Assembly: GCF_964355755.1 (NCBI RefSeq)
Contig: NC_092670.1
Location: 30,182,388-30,246,387, forward strand
Length of the DNA stretch: 64,000 bases
Reading direction: 5' to 3'
Source: Antedon mediterranea
Taxonomy: Eukaryota > Animalia > Echinodermata
The notes beneath the pieces are model-generated. The model did no database searches and had not been told where the DNA came from. It saw nothing but the letters and a program-made list of their open reading frames with translations. Below are positions 40,101 through 49,337 of this stretch, piece by piece (the first letter of the stretch is position 1; each line of letters starts with the position of its first letter). Made by a program: the position numbers and the translations under genes.

Positions 40101-42217
40101 CTAGCTATGCATAGTAGTATTATTAGTTAGGGCTAGGCTAGCTAGATCTAGTAGTAGACAGTAGTAGGGCTATTTATTGTATGTGGCACCATGAACTTAT
40201 TACTACAAAGGAAATACCGAAGGTAAAAGTAATGTCTTTTTAGATTCATGACGTGTGCATTGACAATGCACAACCGACGTTCGTTTTTTCAAGAGATAAA
40301 AGAAAAAGACGAAACACAACAAAAAGACAAAGTGACGTGTTTGTTTGTTGTATTGTTCACTCACCTATTTTTAAGTAATGTGTGAGTCTGGTTAAGTTTA
40401 CAAAGTAGAATCGTTTTCAAAACTTACCAACTAAGTCAATTTGAACTTGTCCGCAATACTGTCTCCCTGATGACACATAGCATTTATATAAAGCTCCTGG
40501 TTTTTGTAAAGATGGTTGGTAATTAGATTGATCTTTTGGTGATCCTACCAATAACCTATAAAAAGGATAAAAAACACTTATGAATATTAAAGCACAACTT
40601 ATAGTCTTTTAAATAGAAACTGCAGGTCGCCATAATTAATATTATTTTTCTCAAAAGTCAGTTCAAACATTCATCATATTTTTTTTTAAAAATAGGCCTA
40701 GAAGACCAGTATTTGAGAAGAGCCTAGTAAGACAAATAAAATAATACCCGATAAAATCATTCAATTATGTGCATTTTGCAATTAAGATCCCATAACAAAT
40801 TATTAAGTTAGGCCTACACTTCTTTTTTTATGAATGAAGTGCATGGACTTTCACTTTCACTACTCTTTGTAACCTTGGGATTACAGAGACGTTAGTGGGT
40901 CAATAATCCCTATCTACCCCTGGCGTCTATTCAGAGATCAATATAAAAAAACCAGTTTTTCCTGTGGTCATTTCTTTCTGTTTGTTTTATTTGCTGTTTT
41001 ATTTGAGACTAGTATAGATCTTTTTGGAAAAAGATAATAATATAAAACCGAATAAGTTAGGGAATCAGGGAAATAATTTATTATGTTTCAGGGCAGTATA
41101 ATATTAGGCCTATAATCTATTATCTTTGATTGGCTATAAAACGAAATATTTAGGCTACTGGAGTATGGGAAGGCAATTAGCAAAGAAGACAAATCAATAC
41201 CTAAACGTAGCCTATAGTCTAGCGATTAGAATTAGAGAGCGTCTTATTTAATGAAATTATATTTTAACGAAAAGTGTTCCCAATAGACTTAAATATTTTC
41301 CGATACTATATCATTTTGAGTCTGACTAACATTATTGACCTTGTTCTTAATCCTATAAAATTGCTTTGACGATCCCGATAATATGTATTCGAAAGAACAT
41401 CATGCAGTTTATACAAATATTAAATCCCAATGTTCTTATCTCATGATAAACTATTTCCTACACCAATACTAGTTATAGTAATTATTTTATGCAAACGTTT
41501 TCGGACGTGTCAGAACGCTAATAGTCCTACGTCGTATAGTCACGAGCTGACTTGTCTAACCTTCATAAACTTAGTAAGTATCACCAAGTCAACATATACT
41601 AAACTCTATAATAAAAGTGTCAAAAGCAAAGAAGACATGGTCCTACGAGTTATGAACTTTCGATTCAAGTCAAAAACAAGGTGGAAGATATTTATTTTAG
41701 GTATAAAACCTATGTTTAATTGTTTAGAACTTCTGCATCATAAAGCCTCTGTTTCGATCGTCAAAAGGAATTGTTTAGCCTAAAAAGATAAACCTTTCAA
41801 CCAACTAAGTTATCATAAAAATAAGAAACGATAAAACTCTTTGCCTACGCTAGTATCTATAAATCATTGGTTATGCCAATTTAACTTTATTTTGCAAGAA
41901 TATTTCACGATAAAATAACTTTTTAAATGGGCGAAGCTTTAAATGCTTTCGGTTGTTTAATAATAAACTTATTAGTCCGTTTAATTACTGCAGTCGTCGA
42001 TTTAAGAATACACATATTTTGTTAAATGTATATCTATAGCCTAACGTTACCATTTTTCTCTGGAATTCTCATGAAGCATAACTGTGTAACCAAAATGGCT
42101 ATTCGCTGGTCCATAATATATCCATGGATTTTGTACATCAATGTTAAATCCAATGGCATATGTTAAAAAATATAAAAGTATCGATAACGAAAATAGACGC
42201 ATAGTTAGCCCTTTCAT
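1019..42217 (-). CDS. Integrin alpha subunit, alpha4/alpha9-like, no alphaI domain (gene span; 23 coding exons in window, 3' end beyond position 1)
   Basis: The hand-spliced ORF of 2994 nt (998 aa) has GT-AG introns and consistent phases. It shows a signal peptide then FNID, FG-GAP propeller repeats, Ca-binding motifs DLNKDG / DLNQDR / DIDGN, genu CGNDQVCMTDL, and calf motifs CDIGNPM and NMGPS. VCGHRW, LPNGVCY and CQAG resemble alpha4/alpha9. Confidence 0.95.
1436..1549 (-). CDS. Integrin alpha exon 22 (calf-2)
   Basis: NCNTAECVTLVCNVDVMPIDAYLIVRIYARIWEHSFIS. Confidence 0.9.
1690..2050. repeat. Degenerate C/A-rich minisatellite (unit about 40 bp)
   Basis: Recurring AAACCATCCTAACTTCTGCAACTCC-like units. 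Confidence 0.6.
2080..2232 (-). CDS. Integrin alpha exon 21 (calf-2 loop)
   Basis: VEGLGECDYNSIFKAQHVLIREQYNNVTTGLQQVSGANDVTFNTKIKSQRL; open, phase 0-0. Confidence 0.85.
2409..2516 (-). CDS. Integrin alpha exon 20 (calf-2)
   Basis: ARNMGPSTIPYPSTVNITIPWRTKEGDWLIYIKRVE. Confidence 0.92.
2713..2942. repeat. 76-bp tandem repeat x3
   Basis: TTACACAGTGAGCATCTACAC... recurs at 2719, 2795 and 2871, nearly identical. Confidence 0.95.
3197..3374 (-). CDS. Integrin alpha exon 19 (calf-2)
   Basis: VAHPEQVEFGLKKTDV...GQVIGPSFTHVYH. Confidence 0.9.
3747..3916 (-). CDS. Integrin alpha exon 18
   Basis: SVFRLKLDVSAVTGDQQGFHVIMEANSSSHETNFTKKNNIVSQYIRVRVEADVTVK(G). Confidence 0.92.
4178..4276 (-). CDS. Integrin alpha exon 17 (calf-1)
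   Basis: SSVVTLCEPNFKLNSSLTTVICDIGNPMPAKVE. Confidence 0.92.
4417..4538 (-). mobile_element. Short HINE/DINE-like element inserted in the DIRS left terminal repeat
   Basis: AACAAGGCC...(CCAA/CCGA)n CATAGT...CACGACTAAAA matches the ends of the 42612-42755 element. Confidence 0.6.
5629..6000 (+). pseudogene. DIRS-type reverse transcriptase fragment
   Basis: LPFGL and YLDD motifs; truncated at both ends. Confidence 0.85.
7014..7158 (-). CDS. Integrin alpha exon 16 (calf-1)
   Basis: GSRYLPLGLQRHIYAMIHVQNMGEEAHQAKVYITFPKNVVFIKSENAR. Confidence 0.92.
7975..8054 (-). CDS. Integrin alpha exon 15 (genu)
   Basis: VRFAHNCGNDQVCMTDLRLSGEVQIP(G). Confidence 0.92.
8850..10065. repeat. 35/36-bp minisatellite with a central 71-bp dimeric higher-order unit
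   Basis: Monomer GGCTATTATTGGGCTATTAAAAATCTACATTATTT; the dimer marker AATGGCT recurs at 9141, 9212, 9283 and onward. Confidence 0.95.
10245..10772. repeat. Tandem repeat of about 200 bp, ~2.6 copies
   Basis: AACTCAG(T/C)TGGACATGT...CCAAATATACAGTATACATTTTAT occurs three times. Confidence 0.85.
11325..11995. mobile_element. Foldback/MITE nested in the CMC element
   Basis: Inverted arms CGCACCTGCCTTGTATTTT...ACCACAC vs GTGTGGT...AAAATACAAG...GGCAGGTGCG, plus an inner inverted pair at 11513-11560 / 11749-11795. Confidence 0.65.
12890..15143. repeat. 164-bp tandem satellite, ~14 copies
   Basis: GGAGACTACT (GGAGGCTACT in two copies) recurs at 13001, 13165, 13329 ... 15133 with an exact 164-bp period; units are near-identical. 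Confidence 0.97.
15515..16169. mobile_element. Short (655 bp) copy of the same CMC/EnSpm-type family
   Basis: Starts CCCATAACAAAAAGTCTTAGTAG, ends TTTTTGCTATGGG, with a 2-bp TSD AA. Confidence 0.75.
16231..16371 (-). CDS. Integrin alpha exon 14 (thigh)
   Basis: KEVTDFLSPIPFHFTYDLIVPEPPMLTCLGGPCPTLDMSSAAGDYEE. Confidence 0.9.
16595..16752 (-). CDS. Integrin alpha exon 13 (thigh)
   Basis: INYTLSVEKNKVLTNRAPRVVFLYMGGKTTASSIERLEVGLQHCYKYEFQVK. Confidence 0.92.
16968..17125 (-). CDS. Integrin alpha exon 12 (thigh)
   Basis: TKPIVKMETTLKISPNPINKNHTNCIIDGKAALCLSSNMCIRYTGIAVPQSL. Confidence 0.92.
17381..17517 (-). CDS. Integrin alpha exon 11
   Basis: RIAGKDIDPFVRSFGSSISGKVDIDGNIYPDIAVGAFLQNKVFVL(R). 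Confidence 0.94.
18104..18198 (-). CDS. Integrin alpha exon 10
   Basis: (D)VAIGAPYEDDNSGAVYIYSTSYSGIRLRYTQ. Confidence 0.94.
18600..19380. repeat. Diverged purine-rich tandem repeat, unit ~113-119 bp, ~6-7 copies
   Basis: ATGAACAATCAGTTTGAAGGAACAGGATGCACAGG recurs at ~18710, 18823, 18942, 19055, 19169 and 19280. Confidence 0.9.
20194..20302 (-). CDS. Integrin alpha exon 9
   Basis: GILRPLKEKLSGSNAMNARFGTVIENIGDLNQDRYD. Confidence 0.94.
22142..22746. mobile_element. TTAA-specific (piggyBac-like) MITE
   Basis: TTAA TSD at 22138-41 and 22747-50; TIR CACGTTCACTGCCA / TGGCAGTCAATGTG; internal GACGTATTTATACGTC palindromes. Confidence 0.8.
22816..22953 (-). CDS. Integrin alpha exon 8 (FG-GAP, Ca site)
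   Basis: MNTYFGAAVKGIDLNKDGLTDLLVGAPLYSNIVDEGRVYIYMNQGR. Confidence 0.95.
23302..23925 (-). mobile_element. HINE/DINE-like (Helentron-associated) element
   Basis: AACAAG end with a small hairpin and subterminal ACTCGGGGTAC; the other end has hairpin ACTCGGGTACCCCGAGT followed by an A-tract. Confidence 0.6.
24605..24747 (-). CDS. Integrin alpha exon 7
   Basis: (G)YSVSSGYFVRSDLVHGVTGAPRAYQKGKVFIYDLATFSVHTEFFGEK. Confidence 0.93.
25824..27258. repeat. Direct duplication of ~360 bp (25824-26193 and 26902-27258) with ATCATGATCAACTTAATCACACTGA minisatellite units
   Basis: Two near-identical blocks run from TACTATAAGTATATTGTC to GGTGACAAGACACAGGAA. Confidence 0.9.
27385..28582. mobile_element. 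Unclassified CpG-rich interspersed element with terminal hairpins
   Basis: AGGAG(G/A)GCCAT occurs at both ends; a perfect 16-bp stem lies at 28534-28569 and a second hairpin at 28488-28512. Confidence 0.45.
28658..28759 (-). CDS. Integrin alpha exon 6
   Basis: (G)SVVSVTETGMGPEINVADVSSWYPSREEDESYI; phase 1-1. Confidence 0.9.
30451..32075 (+). mobile_element. HINE/DINE-like element whose ends flank a LINE insertion
   Basis: 5' end TTTTTACCTCCGCCAAGGAGGT and 3' end GGCGGAGGTATGCACTCTCGGAGTGGCTTTCTAGTT (subterminal IR plus hairpin). Confidence 0.65.
30960..32039 (-). mobile_element. 5'-truncated LINE (CR1/L2 group, Crack/Daphne-like): ORF2 C-terminus + 3' UTR
   Basis: Frameshifted ORF2 (...NWFSSNKLLINTSKT...FLGILINENLNW...LYNSLILPHLLYC...GPTYWNNL), a 3' stem-loop, AATAAA and an (ACTGA)n tail. 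Confidence 0.88.
32597..32800. repeat. 40-bp tandem repeat x5
   Basis: ATAAATCACTGGGTAACC recurs at 32601, 32641, 32681, 32721 and 32761. Confidence 0.97.
34162..34296 (-). CDS. Integrin alpha exon 5
   Basis: (E)TQIKADINGRGIPWHGWCQAGFSAEYSIDGNTLILGAVGSLAWR. Confidence 0.93.
35560..35780 (+). mobile_element. L2/CR1-type LINE 3' remnant
   Basis: Plus-strand translation TFSTVGARLWNNLPLHIKNSTSL, followed by an AGCGCT...GGCGCT 3' stem and (GATT)n. Confidence 0.7.
36384..36507 (-). CDS. Integrin alpha exon 4
   Basis: VCGHRWANTFYADAILPNGVCYKLDSALNYMTVEKIRPCLT. Confidence 0.93.
37890..38200 (-). mobile_element. tRNA-derived SINE with a Deu/Nin-domain-like core
   Basis: Minus strand shows A box TGGCCAAGCGG and B box GGTTCGAGGC. 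The core TCGGATAAGGACTATAAACCGTAGGTCC...TTTCGAGACGAGTAGGGG resembles the DeuSINE core; AT-rich tail. Confidence 0.75.
38433..38539 (-). CDS. Integrin alpha exon 3
   Basis: (G)NERTTYDVRPLVQDQKDNQWLGSSLTREPFTGRVA; NQWLG motif. Confidence 0.92.
38907..39945. mobile_element. MITE carrying a nested second element
   Basis: TIR CACTTG(T)CAATTGTAT..CCCACTATAT / ATATAGTGGGTCATACAATTGACAAGTG. Confidence 0.7.
39266..39900. mobile_element. Mutator-like MITE with up to 9-bp TSD
   Basis: CACCTCTAC is duplicated at 39257-65 and 39901-09; TIR core ATCACTCCGGC / GCCGGAGTGAT with subterminal CCGGC repeats. Confidence 0.75.
40428..40555 (-). CDS. Integrin alpha exon 2
   Basis: (W)LLVGSPKDQSNYQPSLQKPGALYKCYVSSGRQYCGQVQIDLV; AG/GT flanks. 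Confidence 0.92.
42051..42217 (-). CDS. Integrin alpha coding exon 1 (signal peptide + FNID)
   Basis: MKGLTMRLFSLSILLYFLTYAIGFNIDVQNPWIYYGPANSHFGYTVMLHENSREK; GT donor at 42050; alternative ATG at 42202. Confidence 0.9.
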
Positions 42218-42611
42218 TATGATTTAATGAATGTTGTTGTTGTCCAATTACAGCAAATATAAACGAAAATAATACAGATGTCAAACTTGTAGTTGTTGAT
42301 GGAATGTTTTATGATGCGAATTCTTCAATTCTGAAATAAAAAGACAATGATATAAGTAAATTCATTTTGGTGTATCTTCAAGCATGTGTGACGTAATAGT
42401 AATAATGTGTATCTTAAACGATATACATATATAACTAGTATAATGCAGTCTAAAGATTGTGTACGATGCACACAAGTGAGAATGGGCTAACAAAGATTTG
42501 TTGGTTTCTAAACAGATTATAATGTTGAACAGACATAAAAATAAAGAAAACCCGTTATTAAAAAATGTATAAATGTTCATATATTCTAGACAGAAAAGTT
42601 TGGTATATTAA

Positions 42612-43572
42612 AACAAGGCCAACAGCCATTAAGTCGCGTGCATGCTACAATGCATAATGATACCGGACCGACAGACAGACCGACAGACAGACCGACCGAC
42701 CGACAGACAGACCAACCGACATAGTGAACTATAGTCGCGTCCACGCGACTAAAAAGGCATAATTTTTACGAATTTTTTAACTTTTTCATCAAAAACGTGC
42801 GCAAATTATCCAATTCGACGTGCTCGTATGACGTAATTTTAAGTCGAAATTGTTTAAAAGATGGTAAAATTATTAGAAAAGGCTGCAAAAACATAAATCA
42901 CGCGAAAAAAGTATGTATTTAACGCTACGTGCGCACCACGCGCGTAAAAATTTGCGCGCGTATGGGTATTTTTGACATGCTCAAACGGCAAGAAACGCGT
43001 AGAAAGTTGATTAAAAATGAATTTTGCGCATTTTAAAATTTTAAATGCGCGTGCGCACGTAACTTTGTGGCTTTGTGAGTCATGGCAATTTTGTAAACGC
43101 TTAAAATTGCCTGAAACGTACTCTTAATTCATCGAAAATAAATTTTGAACATTTTAAGCGCGCGTACGCATGCGTTACATGCGCTACGCACGTAATTGTA
43201 TTGCCATATGATGATTTATGCCCTGAAATTTATGAGTACCAAATTTTATTTAATTGTGAATCATGGTTGTGAAGATATGATTACAAACCTGATTTCGTTA
43301 AATCGTGCGTAGACCGCGTAATTTTTTATTGCGCACCGTGAAAACATAACCACATCGATTCCTGGCCATAAGGAATATTCTGTGAAAAATTGACTTAGCT
43401 AGATTAAACTGATATCAAGATAAGGTCAGAAAGCGATAAAACGCATAGTGATACCGGACCGACAGACAGACAGACAGAAAGACAGACAGACAGACAGACC
43501 GACAGACAGACCGACAGACAGACAGACAGACAGACCGACCGACCAACCGACCGACATAGTGAACTATAGAGT
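42612..43572 (-). mobile_element. Tandem HINE/DINE-like elements with (GACA/GACC)n microsatellites
   Basis: Hairpin TAGTCGCGT-CC-ACGCGACTA plus A-tract at 42732-42755; the block GATACCGGACCGAC...CATAGTGAACTATAG occurs at ~42659 and ~43450. Confidence 0.7.
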
Positions 43573-44754
43573 TCAATGGCAATAAAAATAATTTGAAAGT
43601 TCATCTTGCATCTATTTCCAAATTTCCACTATTTGGCAGTACCATGCAATTATATTTGTCAAAGAAAAAAACAATTAGTCATTAAGTTCATCTATACAAG
43701 AAGTCAATCTAAAATCGAAAAGTAGCTCACTTAGATGTAAAGATTTTATTCCAATATAAATGATCAGAAAAAAATGTCGGGGTAAAAGAAATGTTAATGT
43801 TCCATGTTTTGAATTGGAATGTAGGCCTATTGTAATTTCCTTTTTCATTGATTCATAGATGAGTTACACCTTTCGGTTTTAGAAGAAAGGTGTCTCTATC
43901 TTCTTTTGATGCTTTATGGATTGGATAATAACCGAAGACCCCTAAGCAGTTTGAAATTAATTCAAATTTGAAAGCATGTAAATACCTTATTCGTGTTAAG
44001 ATTCGAATTGAATGCTTTATTAGGTCAAGTGCTTAATTCGATTTAATTTCAATGCAAGATTTTGAGAAGTCTCCTATAATTATTTGACGTCGACGTAAGT
44101 ATCATTCAATAGTAGGAAACACATTGGCCCATGCCAGTTAAATGATTAGCCTAGCTAACGTATGTGTAGACTTACTACAAGGTAAAAGCGGAATATCTCT
44201 ACAAAGATAATGATATAACAGTATACACAATATTAAATTCACGCAAAATATATTTTCTTAGTGTGGAAAAAGGGCTTAATTTACATAAATAATAGGTGTG
44301 TATCACCATGGTGGTACGTATTTTAACGCAAGCAATTAGACCAATCACAAACGATGGATGGATTATTATTGAGAATTAGACCTATTTCCTAATGGAAAAC
44401 AAGTGGTTAATGTTACATAGTGGTTATTTGGTATTGCCATGGACAAAATAAGTAATTGGACAAGCTCATGTCCATGATATTACCTTAGTGGTTATGTTAC
44501 GTTCGTAGATGAAGTATCATTACGTAATATGTCTACGGTGATAACTTTCTTTGCATTTTTGTAGTTTTTCTAGACGAATTAGACATGTATTTTTATGACG
44601 GTATCATGTTGCAAATAGAAAAACAAACTAATTTAGGCCTACGCCTTTTTCGTAAAAGTATGCAAAATGAAAAGTAACGTGTTAATAAGTACCGTAAACA
44701 GAAAGGAAAGAAAATTTGAACCACATTCCCATTATTAGGGTTAAGTAAGCCTTA

Positions 44755-44933
44755 AGCTTGGTTCCCACTAGAGCGTAACGCAAGGACGTAAACGCAACGC
44801 AAGCGTTTTAACCAATGACAAGCGAAGTTAGAGACAGTTAGCAATCACAAGCGAATAAGCCATCGCTTGCGATTGGTCAATTCATTTGCGTTGCGTTACG
44901 TCCTTGTGTTGCGTCGCTAGTGGGAACCACGCT
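44755..44933. mobile_element. PIF/Harbinger-like MITE (179 bp)
   Basis: TIR AGCTTGGTTCCCACTAG / CTAGTGGGAACCACGCT with TSD TTA; a degenerate second copy lies at ~45140-45265. Confidence 0.8.
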
Positions 44934-45544
44934 TTATAGTACAACATAGATTAGTTACATTTAGAAAAGACTCAACCACTCTGGTTAGCTGTATTGTTTA
45001 TTAGACCTATTTAAAACAAGTCTGGCATGTAGCCTATGACTAATACGTGTCGTACCTCTCCCCAAATAAACAATAACAGTGTTTTATTTTTGATTATTTC
45101 AAACAGTATATGTATGCTTCTTTGCCTCCTATTTAATCATAGCGCAACGCAAGGACGTCAAAAAACTGCAACGCAAACGAGTTGACCAATAACAAGTAAA
45201 TCGTTCGATATTTCATTGCTTGTGATTGGTCAAATACTTGTCCTACTGGACAGAACCAAGCTTTAAGGTACTACGAATTAAACTAGACGTGATGATATAT
45301 CAATTGTTGGAATATATGTTTATGAAAACTAGACTCATACTAATAGAACGAACAAAACATATCGTTAATATGCCTACTGCATTGACCCCGAAAAAATGTT
45401 ATGATTAAATGATTCAAATGTTTCTTATGATTCACTAAATTATACTGTAATGTGTTTACTGACCTCTTTTGATTCTCCTGTTCTTACTAATATAACTATG
45501 GTTCAAAGCTAAGGTTAACACAGAAAAACCCTCCTCTTCCTCCC

Positions 45545-45627
45545 CCTCTCACCACAACTCCCTGATCCCTCACCACAACCCCCTGATCCCTCACCACAAC
45601 CCCCTGATCACTCACCACAACCCCCTG
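45545..45627. repeat. 21-bp tandem repeat, ~4 copies
   Basis: CTCACCACAACCCCCTGATCC units. Confidence 0.9.
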
Positions 45628-45799
45628 TTGGGTGCTTATTGTATCTTTTGAACAATGATTCAATCGTACTGTACTCACATAATTATTACTGGTCGACGAT
45701 GTTATAAAATTGTATATAAACAATAATATCAGTCAATTAAGGTTAAATAGCGGGAACATCTAAAATATAACCTATTGTTAGTTGAAAATCTGTACATAC

Positions 45800-45922
45800 C
45801 TTTCATTACGAATACCGTGGTGCAGATTCTAGGCTAGTAAACATTGTAGAAACATTTCGTCATACTGTACTCCGTAACACTGTAGGTCAGTGAATCTGAA
45901 TCACTATATAATCCCTTATAAA
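45800..45922 (-). promoter_or_regulatory. Candidate TATA/Inr promoter and non-coding first exon of the integrin alpha gene
   Basis: On the minus strand, TATAAG (~45920) lies about 30 nt before TCAGATTCACTG, with a donor AG/GTATGT at 45799. A matching acceptor TTTTATTTCAG at 42331 sits upstream of the ATG. Confidence 0.3.
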
Positions 45923-48900
45923 TCAATTTCCCTGGTCAAGCAACCACGCACAACTAAAACATTAACTAGTATGCTAGGCTTGTACTCGTTAATAAAACAC
46001 AATGGTCGCATTACTCTCAAACTACTATCACAATTCCATGTAGGCTCCAAATAATATCATACAAATTGTTTTTACAGAAGTAGTGAGCCGTGATAGGAAA
46101 AGACTTTTTGAAAGATGTCAAAGTTTGCCGGATGTGTCACTTAGTAGTTGTGCAGAACGCTGTGTAGATATACTGTACTTATTTCATGAGAAATATTTTA
46201 TTTGTACGCATCATACACAATCTATCCTGATTTTCTTATTGTTCAATCAAAACACACGTGATAAAGGCATAACGTAAATATTGATAATTATTAACGCGGT
46301 TAACATTTAAATTATAGCTACGTAAACTACTGTGTAATTATCTTACCTAGCCTATGTAGGCCTAAATAAGAAACTCATGAAATCTGATGTGCAGTTAAAA
46401 ACTTCTTTGATTGTCACATTGTCGCCAATAAACACAAGCAAGCATTTGTATTAGTTAATCTCACATGGTCCCATCTTTAAGATACTTCAATAGAACATTT
46501 TATTCGGTAATAAATAGGCTTTGGATAAACCCATTTTTACATAGGATCTCTCCGATTTAACGTTTCACCCTCAAATAGTGGTTATACCTTACTTAAAAGA
46601 TCCAGCTCTTGTGATGAGGAACGTTACATACCACATTTGAATACAGAAAAGGCTAAGCCAATTAAAAATGTATTTTGTCGATAATGCGTCAGTCGGCTTA
46701 TGAACCAGAGCAAATACAGCGAATAATATTTATTTTCGCCATATATAAAAGTCTCTCACACTAATATAACATGGTCGCAATAATTATGTAAAGCTCAACG
46801 AAAGAAACTCAAACGACATTAATAATTATTAGCAAAGCATCATGATGTATTTAATCCGTCTTCAGTATCAATAAGTGTCATTTACAAAATCAATCTTTTT
46901 TCGTTTTTACAATATACCATGATACAATCAATGTTGTTTATCATCGGTAATACTAATTTCTATACAAAAACTTTCTGCATGATTCATTATTATACTTTAA
47001 AAAACAATTAATATTCAATTCAATCCATACTTTTTTTGTAATGAAAGCAAAATGAGGCGTAAAATGTCCAGCACTTAAAAAAACATCGGGTATAAACAAA
47101 AATACTAACTGATAATGCTAAACATAATATTTTGTTATTGATAAAAAAAACACATTGCCATTGGCTACAGATATGTCACTCATAAACTATTTATTTACAT
47201 TTTTCTGCTTGAAAGTTTCAGTTCTTTCATATGCTATCATAGCGTGCACGCGTGGCTACAACATAGAGAAGCCAAAAATCTCACACAACTCATATTGGTA
47301 GATAATGGAATATATCATAATACAGAATTGAACGGCGCCGTCTTCCGTTCCGTGAAACGAAACAAGTGTGACTGCAGCTTTATTTTGAGTTACACCCGTA
47401 TTATTTCACAATGGGTTAAACACGTGACATATTTTAATCAAACAAAAATATCATAATTGTATACAATTTGGCCTTCTGTTTAAAACTCATTCACTAGTAT
47501 TTTTAAACCCTATTTATCACCACTGTTTTCTGGATCTCAGTCTGTGATTGTAACCTGTATACTAAATATCAAATTTGTAAAAAAGAAATATAAAAAAAAT
47601 GTTTATTTACAATTATTATAGAACCATACAACCTGATGATTTGAAAGCATAACTAGTTTTAAAAAGGACAGAGTAATTTGAGACATTTATAATCTACCAA
47701 ATAGATGGTATGTAAAAAACAGCCTTACATAAAGAGCAACACTTTAAAGTAAAGTATTTAAAACATAGAAACACTGATTACTTATTAATAATTGATATGA
47801 TACAAAAGATAAATATTTTGATAAATTAATTATTAATATTTGAAACTGTCTAATATACAATATGTTAGTTGAGAAAAGAAAATACAAAGCAAGGCTATGG
47901 GTAATAACGTTGATAATCAACTGACTATAATTGTCAATTAGTCAATAACAGCAGTTCATTTAACTACAGTACCAAATAAAATTAAACAAACCAACACTCA
48001 TCTAAACCAACCAATCAGCTAACTGATTAACCAACACTCATCTAAACCAACCAATCAGCTGACTGACAACCAACACTCATTAAACAACACTCAGTTTACA
48101 TTTCAGGAACCATTAAGATACAGTCCAACTCACCAATAAAAATCTATCAAATAATGAATTAATATAATTAAAATAATTTGAATATTAATTCAAATTTATT
48201 TAATAGCAAGAAAGTTCTCTATATATCTAATTTTAAGTCTTTGTTTTTATAATATTGCTTTTTATAACATTAATTGAATTAAAATTGAATGAAACATAAA
48301 AGATATGATTAATTAAAATAATATGATTCTCCACCTGAAGGTTTTTAAACATGATAAATAAGTAGGAACACTGACTCCTCAAGTTATAATGAACACAGAA
48401 GAAAAGGTCTTGTATGCAGTCTTATCTCAAACACGAGGCTTTGACTGCTCAGTCTTAGGCTGTGTTTACACCACAATTTACAAAATGTTTGGTTTGATGT
48501 AACTGGCCAATGAAACTGTGTTGACTGTAAGTTCTTAATTCCCAGTTGCGTTTGTATTTTGTCTGCGCATATCCATTCTAAATTTGTTTGAATTTAAGAT
48601 CAGGATAGAATGAACATAGCTCTATCTGAATTCCAGAAATACAACAAGGACACAACACGACGCAGTATTTTTCTCATCCATAGCCTAGCCAAATAGGACA
48701 GTATTTCAGCCTTTATATGAATTTGTGTTTATTGTATCTGGTATTGCAGTATTGATGTGAATGATTTCTAGTCAATGTGAATGTAACAAGTAGTCGGGAG
48801 AAACTTAAGCATATCCTTGTTTTTACTTGGATCTTTAGAATGAATAAATAATTATAAATAAAATAAAGTGAGTAAAAAAACTGTCTTTCCTGCAGTGTTT

Positions 48901-49274
48901 TAACAAGAAGTCAAAAAATACCCTGTGTACAACAGCAACGAGCAATTCCAAAAATATTAGCATTTGCTCAAGTACCATTTCTTGCAATTAAATTCTTATT
49001 AATGATGTTATACAATACATTGCTTGATATGAAATTTCAGCTGAAATCTAACACAGTTCCTTATTGTAAACTGTTACTAATTTAAGGAATGTTTTACATT
49101 AAGAAAGTATATAGATTGTCAATAGTTAACCATTAACAAGATACTAATTGGAAAAAAAAAAACAAAGAAGAATTTTATTAAATAGAGTTTCCACTTAAAA
49201 ACGCTACTTCTACTTTATTGTGTTTGTTTGTATCTTTATAGACAGGCACATGTGGAGGACTCTATTAGGACTCT

Positions 49275-49337
49275 CTATTTTCTATACATTGGATTCTTGT
49301 AGGTTGAAGTTGATGGTTTGTATATTGGATTTTGACT
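49275..49337 (-). CDS. Integrin beta last coding exon (NPxY motifs, stop)
   Basis: [20 protein letters not shown]. Confidence 0.96.
   Translation of the reverse strand, partial: SQNPIYKPSTSTYKNPMYRK

Noticed and set aside
43404-43604. ORF with CLSV repeats
   Set aside because: It is the translation of the (GACA)n microsatellite in a HINE-like element.
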